This document shows positions 53,913 to 64,000 of a stretch of DNA of 64,000 nucleotides, piece after piece; the first letter of the stretch is position 1; every line of letters starts with the position of its first letter. Origin of the DNA: Azolla caroliniana (lineage: Eukaryota; Plantae; Polypodiophyta); assembly GCA_043228905.1 (NCBI GenBank), contig JBHGNT010000009.1, forward strand, positions 1,550,001 to 1,614,000, given 5' to 3'. The notes under the pieces were generated by a model. That model ran no database searches. It was not told the origin of the DNA and saw only the letters and a list, made by a program, of their open reading frames with translations. The position numbers and the translations under genes were made by a program.

Positions 53913-56900
53913 TCATGGAAACATCGAGATATGATGGTTCGTCCTCCTACTATTGAACCTCTTCATATTCTCTTGCACAACTTCCGATGCCTTCCTCTTC
54001 TTACCCATTTCTATCAACTCTTCTGATTCACACATGGAAGGGTTATGAATAGCTCTTTTGCCATCCCTACTCATTATTCGGAAACCTTCATCTGGGTACT
54101 TCTTTCTTATCCTTGATCCACATTCTTCCCCTCTTAAACCACTACTGTTGAGGAATCCAGTACCTTTCTGAATATGAGGAACTCTTGCCCTAGGATTATT
54201 CCCCTCACATGGCTTTGGAAAGGGTGCCACAGACTTAACTTGTGCATTCACATTCTGATGTTGAGTTTTTGTATTGTGCCATTGGGAGAATTCTCTGTAT
54301 CCATTTCTAGATCCTTCATCTCTTTGCCTTGAAACACTCCTCGTATACATCCCATCATCCATGTTTCTTCTACTAATTCTGTCATATCCTGGTGGATTCT
54401 GATCATCCATGTTTCTTCGACCACTGCTACCATATTGTTGTGGATACTTGCAATTTGTTTCTGAGTACCCTATATCATTTTGCATTATGCAATCAGCATT
54501 GTATTCATTGAAAGATTTCTGGGCGATCGCCCTTTCATGTGAGTCATCATCACTCAAGGAAGATAGTTCACAATGGGCACCAGATAAATCTGCAGGGTTT
54601 CCTTTCCACTTGAAATTCCTTCTACAATCCTTAGGTAAGAGTCTAATCTCGTGTCCAGCCAGAACAAATACCTTTCTCATCGACAGTAATGTAGACACAA
54701 ATTCTGGATTTGTAAGAGTGGCCATAGCAAAATTTCCATCTTGTTCAAGATACCTGACAACAAGCATTCCAACCTCAAGCTGTCCAGTGTGCCAAAGAGA
54801 CCTCTCAAACAACTCATTCAATGCTCCGCGAATCAGTCTATAGTTATGTTGAATTGAGAGACCCTCGATAACAATCATGCAATCATGATTGTTTGAGCGT
54901 AATCCTGAGGGTGATTCATTCCAATTTGCAGCGGGAATTGGTGATGCACCAATAGATATGATACAATCTGGTTTCTTCACAGGTTCATCCCCAAATCTTC
55001 GTAATTTCAAGCCGACGTTATTATTTGGATCCAAAGAAACACTCCTTGCTCGTTTGGATCCCTCAGTATCTGATAATTCAGCTACAAATGGCTGAGCATT
55101 GTGGATATTTGAACCATACCCTGCTCCAGGACGCACATATCCTGGAGGCCGAAGGATAATATATGGTACTTTACTCTCTCTGCATATAAAGATCTGTGTG
55201 TTCTCAATGTACTCATCCATAATAGCATCAACAAAGGCCTCTGTGTTGAACTGGAAAAAAGCATAATCCTTTCCTGGCTGAAGATTTACATACTCCAGAT
55301 ATCCTCGTTGATTGCTGTTCCTTGCAATGAAAGGTAATATCTCACCGATTGTTTTCATTACATAATCAATCTTGAACTCTACTCCAGGGGGTGCTATTCC
55401 AATATAGAGAGAACGTTGTGGGCATATTGTCCCTTTATGTCTAGACATTAGAGGAACCGACCTTGTATCCCGACAAATAAAGACATCAGGGCCGATCTCT
55501 CTTAGGAACTCAGGAACTTTCGCACATTTAAACATAAGAGCATCAGCCATTAGTTCAGAAGTCATCTCTACATAGGCATCACTGGATTCAGGAAGAAGAT
55601 AAACACGAGACACATACTTCCAATCAGTAGGACCATCAGAACCACGCAAAATTGTGCTGAAATAGCTCTCAAGGTAGTCCTTCTGCCATCGAAATTTGGG
55701 GATATTACCAACAAAAACCACTCTAGCTGGCCTTAATGGCATATATTCAATCAATGGCCTCACAGAGGTATAGGTTGCAGTACAGCCTTGAATGTTAAAG
55801 TGATATCCATTTATTCCCCACTCAAACACATCCAACTGATTAACTGAAAGAACAATCTGAGCAACTTTTTCAGTTGCCAATTCTATGAAAGCAAAATCCT
55901 TGACGGTTTTGATAAGTTGCACCTGACCCAGTCTGGCAGGAGCAAAATCAAATCTTTCAAGGAACTGTTCCATCATAGTTCGCAAAAGCAAATCCAAGTT
56001 CTCAATACCATCTGGTATACAGCCCACAAAAACAGATCTTTCTTTTACAATCTTTATGTGATTATTGGGTTTCTCTGAACCCACATCTGATGTCCATTTC
56101 CAGTTCAACTGTATTAAATGATTAAATGGAGTACACCCTGCATCAGGTAATTTCAGGCCATACTTTTGTGGTTCGTTACGTTGACTAACATAACCCAATG
56201 TGTGCCCTTGTGATTCATCATAGTGATTAACATAATCCATAGCACACCCTTGTGCCTCATAGTATTGATTATCATAAGCCAAACCATACTCATTAGATTC
56301 GATGCATTGATTATCATATGTAAAAGAGGGACCTCCAATTAATCTGTTATCTGGTCCATTAGAATGGCATGGTAATTGACCACCTTCACTCTCCTCTCCT
56401 CGCTCAGACCCTTCGCCAATTTGCCACATATGCCCTGGTTATTAACAATCCACCACACAGCAACTGATAAGCAATACATCATAGCAAATATCACACAAGC
56501 ACGAGCAATCTTTAATATCTTGACATAAATATGGCATTCAGGAACATAAAGCACCAGCAATCCTACCTTCTGCAATATCACATGGCATAGATGGTGCTTG
56601 GCCTTGGAAACAAGATCGTTTGCTAAGGGAGCTTTCAGAAGAGTGATTGATTGCATTTCCAGATTGAAATCTATCAGCACATCGTCCCTGGGTCTTCTTT
56701 GAATCTGCACGCTCTGATCCATTATTTAGGCTGGATAAACCATACGCACTTATAGAGCCTCTTGTTCGGCAACCATACATGTCTGTGCTTCTCTCGGATA
56801 CTATCATGTGACTGGACCCAAGTTTGCATCGATCAGGATGGCTATTCATAGTTCTTCCACTAAGACTAAATCCAGGGGGTTCATCTGGCAGTGGGCTTTC

Positions 56901-58484
56901 TAGCACACTTTTCTCTCTCATGTTCAGCTTTGATATATCAGTGGTCTGACCTTCACATCTACCATGCATTGTTGAAAATTCTCTATCTGAACAACCTCTA
57001 GAAAAGTTTGCATTATCTAGCGAATCATCATGCATCAAGTTTTGATATTCCTTCTGAGAAGAATCTCTCGACGAGTAATCATTATCTTCACAATTTCTGA
57101 CTTTGTTCTCTGTAAAAACATCATCAGTGGCAACATCATTTATATGCCCATTTACTGAAATGCATTGTTCTGTATCAGCATCAAGTGACTGAGCCAAGCT
57201 TGCTAGTTCAGTGACCATGGTACTTGCATGACAATTCCTATTTGATTCATAATATCTCACATTGTCCACACAATTTCGGGCAGATTTCTCTCTACTTTTT
57301 CGTAGAATTTTTTCTTTGAGAGACTCAGCTATGATAATACCTAAATTTGAAGGAGCTTCATACTCACGTGGTAGTTCCCCTACAGATTGGGAGGTCTGAA
57401 AAACGACTCTATCTGATGATTCTTGGACTCCAGTTAAAGGAGATTCAGTGTGCAACTTCTGAACTACAATAGTATTGTGTATACTGTCCGATTCAAAGTC
57501 TTTCACTTCTTTGACTTCTGAAGCAATATCTTGTTTGCCTAAAAGACCAGGTTTCGAGTTTACTTCCATGACTTCTGAACCTGCATCTCGTTTGCCCATT
57601 ACAAAACAAGTCTTTGCTATCACTTCCTCAACTTCTGAAACAGTGTCTTGTTTGTCTAAAATACTAGGTTGTGTTCTCAGTTCATTGATTTCTGAAACAA
57701 CATCTTGTTTATTTGAAAGACTAGGTATTAGTGTCACTTCTTCTACTTCTGAAACAGTGTCTTGTTGGTCTAAAATACTAGGTTGTGTTCTCACTTCACT
57801 GATTTCTGAAATGACATCTCGTCTGTTTGAAAGACTAGGTTCGGACTTCACTTCCTTGCATTCTGAAACAGCATCTAAAAGACTAGGTTTGCCTTTGCCT
57901 TCCTTCTCTTCTGAAACATCACCTTGACTAGATTTGCCTTCCACTTCCTTGACTTCTGACACGTTACTTCCTTTTTCTCCAAGACTAGGTTTAGCTTTCA
58001 CTACCTTGACTTCTGGAACAGTATTTCGTTTGCCTGCAAGAATAGGTTTAGCAGCACGCCTGCCTCTCTTCACACGAAGACGAACTTTCTTGGCCAATTC
58101 ACTAATGGAAACAGAATCTCTTTGATTACGAGAGTTTCTTCCACTTCTTCGCAACACAGGAGACTGTTGAAAAACAGCTTCTTCTTCTTCTTCTTCTTCT
58201 TCACCTTCTTCCTCTTCATTTTCTTTTTCTTCTTTAAGTATACCTTCAGTCGTACTGTCTTTTACTTTTTCCATAACTTCATCTCCTCCTGTAAAGCCCA
58301 ACATATTTGAAGGATATTTCTTATTTCCAGTGTCGGATGAAGTTCTGCAACCCTCAGACGGCTCTATATTGCAGCTATCCGATGGAGAAGCTCGATTTTC
58401 TTCGACAATAGCAGAAGGGGAAGGAAGGAGACTCTGGTCAATGTCGATGACCACAGAATTCATGATAGCAGAGGAATCTACCAT
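53913..58484 (-). CDS. Uncharacterised ~1479-aa putative nuclear RNA-binding protein with four divergent U2AF65-RRM1-like domains
   Basis: The 648-aa and 838-aa ORFs join in frame via intron 56566-56435 (GAAG|GTAGGA...AACCAG|GGCATATG). Exons of 1918+2522 = 4440 nt. RNP2/RNP1-like pairs: SVFVGCIP..KDFAFIEL, VVFVGNIP..DAYVEM, SLYIGIAP..KDYAFFQF, IVIEGLS..NFAMATL. Confidence 0.8.
57500..58050 (-). repeat. Coding 57-bp (19-aa) imperfect repeat, ~10 units
   Basis: Units such as KPSLGEKGSNVSEVKEVEG, EPSLSNRRDVISEISEVRT and QPSILDQQDTVSEVEEVTL. Confidence 0.85.
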
Positions 58485-58867
58485 TCAATCATGAGAGATA
58501 GGTAGGAATACATCCAATCGGAAGAATTCAATGGAGATGGAGATAGAGAGAGAAGCTTTTGGCGAGGCTAACAGGAGTCGGCTGTGCAGAGAGAAGGCGA
58601 AGGAACCATGGAAGCTTGGGACGTACCCTAAAACCTTTTTCTTTCCTCTCTGTATGTATCTCCCTCTCTCTTCTCTCCTCCGTCGGCACCGAAAAGAAAT
58701 ATCCTGAAGAAGAAACAACCATTAACGATTTGGTTTCACACCTTGTGGCCTAACGATATGTCTCTCTTTTGCATACATACATATATATAACCAAAAACAC
58801 ATAAACACTTTGGATTCTTGTTGGTAGTAAAATCCTGAAGGCGACATTGGCACTGTTACATAACAAT

Positions 58868-59238
58868 CGGCAAGGGTTCGGTTCGAGAGTGTCAAACTGA
58901 AACGGTTTAAAAAAATAAAATTCGAAGCTTAAATTGAACTAAACCATTACAAAAAATTCAAGCTCAAACCAAACGGTTTTTGAGACGTTAAAACCGAGGT
59001 TTTGCAATTTGCTTTTGGTTTTCATGTTTTAGATCAAAATTCAAATTTTCACTTTTTTATTTTTTTAAGTGTTCGAACCACGGTTTCAAATTGTTTAAAT
59101 GGAAAACCGTTAAACCGATAAAGGCTCGAACAGAAACCAAACCGTTTACAAAAACCGAAAACTAAACCTAAACCGAACCGTTTAGACCGTTAAGTTGCGG
59201 CTTCGCGGTTCAATTCGGTTCAAACCGAACCATTGCCG
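58868..59238. mobile_element. MITE-like element with ~19-bp TIRs and many AAACCG/CGGTTT subterminal motifs
   Basis: CGGCAAGGGTTCGGTTCGA at 58868 versus TCAAACCGAACCATTGCCG ending at 59238 (17/19 inverted match). No clear TSD. Confidence 0.65.
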
Positions 59239-62200
59239 TTTTGATCTCGTTTTCTTGATGACAACGGACCACGGTGTAGTGTAAAATCCCAAAGGAACAA
59301 TCTATCTGAATGGATCCATAATGCTATATCACAGTAGGTGTAACATGTATCATTTTTTCAGGAAAGTCAGTCTATCCGTTTCGAATAGGAATAGGAATTT
59401 GCGGTTGCGGTCGGTGAAACTCTGACCATCTTGATTTGGGATGGTGGCAAGATAAAAACCTGGGGAGAGATCTCAAATGTGACATTGGCCCACGCACACA
59501 CAACCAGTTTTGTTCCCGTTTGCATGACGACAAGACGGAGACATCCTGAAGGTTCCATTCACCCGAACACATCAGTGGTTTGGTGATCATTTGCATTATG
59601 GCATGGGAGAGAGATCCCAAAGGCAAACATTTTGACCCAAACACAACTGCTAGTAATTGATCCTTGTCCTCTCACTCATTGTTATCTCGATTGATGGTGT
59701 CACTAACTTAAAAGGTCACGATCCATGTATGGCCAAGATGTGTTCGTGTATCTTAGAAACTTTATTCCATTGTATCATCGAGATTGAGTTTATCCCTTGG
59801 TCGATGATCGACAAAGTAACACATCCCTTCCATTATGAGGATCGGAAATAAAGTATGCACATATATGCAATGTTTACATTCATGGGGAGGGGGGGGATCA
59901 TTTACTTGTCTGCTTTCTACAAGGTCGATGAGGATTCGTGGATCATGTTATACAACTTATGAGTAGAAGAAAACATAAGAGAAAGCTACTACATCATAGT
60001 ATGTCACAATGGTCACTCATACCATCACCCTATGGATAGATCTAAAGTTGGAATATTTGCCTCCCTTACTTTTAAGGACTTCAAATGTATTTGGATAGTA
60101 CATTTGGATAGAGCATATGACAGGTTAGCATTGATGAATACATTTTGGAATTTTACTTGTCAAAGTTAACCGCACAACAATTTGCACTAAAGCAAAATAA
60201 CTTGGCAAATTGATATTTCTTAATGGCAAATGAGTTTTTGGCTAAGTTATTGTTGAGCTATTTTGCTACAATGCATTGCCAGATTACTTGACATAATGCA
60301 ATGGCCCTAGTACAAGGGTTTTGGATACTTTTCAATTGGAGTGTTGGCCATCACTAAAGCAAGTTGTGCATTGTTTATGGAAGCTCATGTGGTTGACGAC
60401 TACAAAGGTACATAAAGGGCCTCTATTTTGTACGAGATGCTTTTTTATGAAGGTTGAAATATGATCACAAAACATATATTTTAATAGATTTTATCTCTAT
60501 GATGTCTCAATCCATGTATTACAAACTAGACAATTTGGTCATTGTTCCTATGGTTGTGCCAAAAAGTGGGGACTTGCATAGTTGTAATGTGTTTGTATCA
60601 GTTAAGGAGCATTTGCATATGTTTCACATGTGATAAAGGAGTAAATGGTCACGTAGATTTGTCATTTTAAATATGTTGAAAGATAGAAAAAGTATTTGTA
60701 AGCTCAACTTTATCTACAAAGTGATGATCTAGGTAGTAAGTCATGTTGGTACTCATAACCGGAAGTTATAGATTCATGCATAATGATGTTACAAAGGCAA
60801 ACTACAAAAATTGAGCACAAGTCGGAAAGAACTGTCTATCAAGACAAAATCTAAAAGGATACCCAACCACACATGTATGCTTGTTAGCACCACCATTGAA
60901 ATCAGCTATTGACATGGTTGCTATCATAGTCTAGTGAATTTCATGTTTTAATTGATGACTTTAGCTTTGTCCTCAACATTGCCTGCTAGTACATAATAAT
61001 TCACAAATCCAAAATACTCCAGAGTGTAGAAACCAGTTATTTTCAACCTAATAATGTATATAGTATCTATCCAATACTCCAAATCCTTTATAGTTAAGGG
61101 TCAAGACCTGAACTCTATACATAAATATTTAAGGTTATGAGCCTAAAACCCTAATTGCATTAACTCTAAACTGAATACTCCATTAACTCAAAAGCCCGAT
61201 TTATCAACGGAAACACATGATTGGACTATATATAACTCAAGGAACTTATGTAGTACTTGATGCTCCATGGTCATTTACATTTGACTTCAATGCCATCACA
61301 ATGATTGGGTTACCATTGCCCAAGTTTGCCACAAACCTCAATAGAATTGATTGATAAAAACAAATTGCATTGCCCTTCTAGAAGAATTGAAGCAAATGTG
61401 CATGTTGACATTTTTGACACACCAGCTTGATTAATGTTACAATTTATCATTTATCACATTGGGAAAGGCATAAATTGTAAAAGTTTGCAAAGAATTTCTT
61501 GCTAGATAGTACGCCATGTCCTCTCAAGTTCCTGCTAGTGCATTCATAAGCTTTTCTCTTAGCAACAATTCTAAAGCTCAAAACATACATGTACACAAGA
61601 TGGTATCATGAGTGACACTAGCATGTTGTAGAATTGACTCTAATTCTTATGTTTGAGAAAACATCATCATTGCAATTATTGTTAGCAAAGAAACATATTA
61701 ATTTGTTTATAATCTACTGAACCGAAGTGACATTACTTTTAACTATCAAAACCAGTGGTGTTAGTAACTGTTAATAATGAATGCAGAACATAATATCTAC
61801 TCTGAAAAGTTCATTGTCATTATGAAGTGTACATATACTTAGCACATTCATCGATATGAATATTCATTCCTCACGACGACATAAAACAATGCAAAAGACT
61901 ATTATCCTAAATTCTATTTTTTTCTCCTTTTTAAATCAACAATCCATTTCTCAACCACAACTGTCTCATCATTACATATCCAACTCTTTAACCATACGAC
62001 CATAAGAAATAAGATAATGAACATAAAATATCATGTTAAATTGACTCAACAGCCTCAAAACTCTATTAAAACTCTCTCGACAAATTACAACATATCGAGA
62101 AATACTTGGTACATTTAAAACATCCTCCTAAATACTTGGTACATATCAATAATCCTTGTACATCACGGATGATGTGCATCCTTTTTTAAAGAAAAAATTA

Positions 62201-62605
62201 CTCCAAAAATCTAGTGTTTTTTTTCGTTTCTTTTCTTGCAAAGCCATATCTTTTTCTCAACCAAAATTTAGTCTTCTCATCATATACCCCAAAAAATCCT
62301 AAACCACTCGATAATCCCACTTTCAATTCAAACCAAGCTCTCTCACACTTTCCAGTGATGTGGCTTAATTATCGAAGCACCACCCCTTTTTGGTAAAATA
62401 TTTAGCCCAAAATCAAGAATGCGCCCTAAAAATAGACTTCAGTAATGAACATATACATCTAAGGAAAAGTTAAAAAGAGAGAAATGAAGGAAAAAAAGAA
62501 AAAAATAATAAAGAAAAAAGAGAACTTGAGAGAAAATCATTAAAAAGAACTTTTACTTGCCAGAGTAATAAGATGATCTGAAGAAGAAGAACCTTATCAT
62601 TCTTC

Positions 62606-62897
62606 TCACCACCGACCACCTCGTCGTTCCGGAGGAGGAATAACAGAAGGGCGCCCATTACTTGAGTTTCGAGACCATGCATCAGTTGCCCGACCATTTT
62701 CCTTCTTCTCACTGGACAAGGTGAGATTCTCAAGTTTCTCTTGTGATTGAATAAGCTCCGCTTTTAGTTCGGCTATGACTTTCTTAGCTTCCTCATCTTC
62801 ATCATCATTTTCTTTCCCTTCGCATTCAGCTTCCTTTTCCTTGATTGCGTCTTCTATTCTCTTTATCTCTTCTTTCAAAGAAAGCTCTTCTGAGGTC
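62606..62897 (-). CDS. Terminal exon of a gene whose upstream exons were not located; coiled-coil, possibly plant eIF4B-like C-terminus
   Basis: Acceptor TTTTTTCCCAG| at 62898, then TSEELSLKEEIKRIE...IAELKAELIQSQEKLENLT...RPSVIPPPERRGGRW*. Resembles the recalled eIF4B motif RPETEEEKxLKEEI. Identity unconfirmed. Confidence 0.5.
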
Positions 62898-64000
62898 CTG
62901 GGAAAAAACAATCACATAATTTCATTACATTACAGGGTATTACATATACACGCCAAAATCAATTTACAGTGAAATTACAACATGAATCACTTCCATTTAA
63001 AAATTTAGAGATATCTAATGTACTCTATAATTTCCCTCACATACTAAGATAGATTAGCTCTAATCTTTATTCAGATTCCATTTCCTGTTCTAATCTTTCA
63101 GACCGAAAACGTTTTGCGTAGCTTCAAATTCAACAGACATCTGATTACATATTTAAGCTAGGCAAATGCCTCAAACCTCTGATTTGATGATCATGTCTTA
63201 TTTTTACTATTAAATAGCATTTTACTTCTAATCTTATTCAAAACTAATTGAGAGTATACTAATTATATCGAAGATCTTCTCTAGCTATATATGAGGACAA
63301 ATGCACTCTAAACTTACCCCATAAAATAATTACTTCAAAATCATGTGAAAAAAAGTTTCCAATTTGTAACCAAACATTTTTTAACTTCAAATGCTAAAAT
63401 AACTGAAAAAAACTGTAAAATTGTACACTCACTTAGAAACCCCCAAAAGAAGAAAACAACAACAGCTAAAAAGAGTAGGTATTTCCAGCAAAAATTACAA
63501 ATTATAAATACATACATATATATTAGTAGAATACATTGAAAAATGCTTAAAAATAAAAAGAGAAGAATGCATGTCAAACAAATAACTGAGGAAAAATTGT
63601 AAATTATATACCAGTGATGGATAACCAGAAAAGTATACTAATTATAGTCAAGAAGAGATCATGATTTCCATACAGATAGCTAGAAAAGCTTGTGAGTTTT
63701 ACAAAGACTAGCATCCAAACGAGTCACTTATGATCGCATAAACAGTTTTAGAAAGAACAGCATCCAAAAAGCAAAACCAGCAAATTTTCAGAAAGAATAT
63801 CATCCAAAACTAATAGCATCACACAAACAACAATTTTACCATCAAAGAAAAATAACCAGCTAAGTTTTATGAATATCTTCATCCAAAACAAATCAACAAA
63901 AACCATCATTTTTTTGCAATTTAAGAAAATAACTAGCAAAATATTTTTCTACCAAGGCAACCAGCTAACCCAACAGGATTAACAACCAGAGACTAAATAC

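Noticed and set aside
56430-56540. Readthrough or frameshift linking the 648-aa and 838-aa ORFs
   Set aside because: A canonical GT-AG intron (56566-56435) joins them in frame.
54409-58310. Plus-strand ORFs within the multi-RRM gene
   Set aside because: Antisense shadows of the long coding exons with no independent signal.
59367-59851. Short ORFs in a relatively GC-richer patch
   Set aside because: No recognisable motif or consistent splice structure.

Overview
AT-rich, intron-containing land-plant nuclear DNA; the lineage cannot be fixed from sequence alone. Five complete protein-coding genes were spliced by hand with consistent reading frames: a serine carboxypeptidase-like gene (+, 6153-10188), an ABCF1/ARB1-type ABC-F ATPase (-, 11796-14565), a TPR protein resembling Arabidopsis TPR3 (+, 24330-30017), a DUF3429/TMEM69-like membrane protein (-, 31462-39306), and a 1479-aa protein with four divergent U2AF65-RRM1-like domains (-, 53913-58484, two ORFs joined by one 132-nt intron). 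The last exon of a possible eIF4B-like gene lies at 62606-62897. Five co-oriented U5 snRNA genes (43142-52622) each carry an ATCCCACATAC-type USE and a TATA box. Their USE-TATA gap is only 21-23 nt, the short geometry that specifies Pol III in angiosperms, although U5 is a Pol II transcript there and contains internal T-runs. The window also holds a nested TE block (RTE-X-like LINE with a solo LTR and an internal duplication), a MITE, two GC-AG introns, minisatellites and many local duplications. The best leads are the U5 promoter geometry and variants and the adjacent multi-RRM gene. No database searches were run; family assignments rest on recalled motifs.
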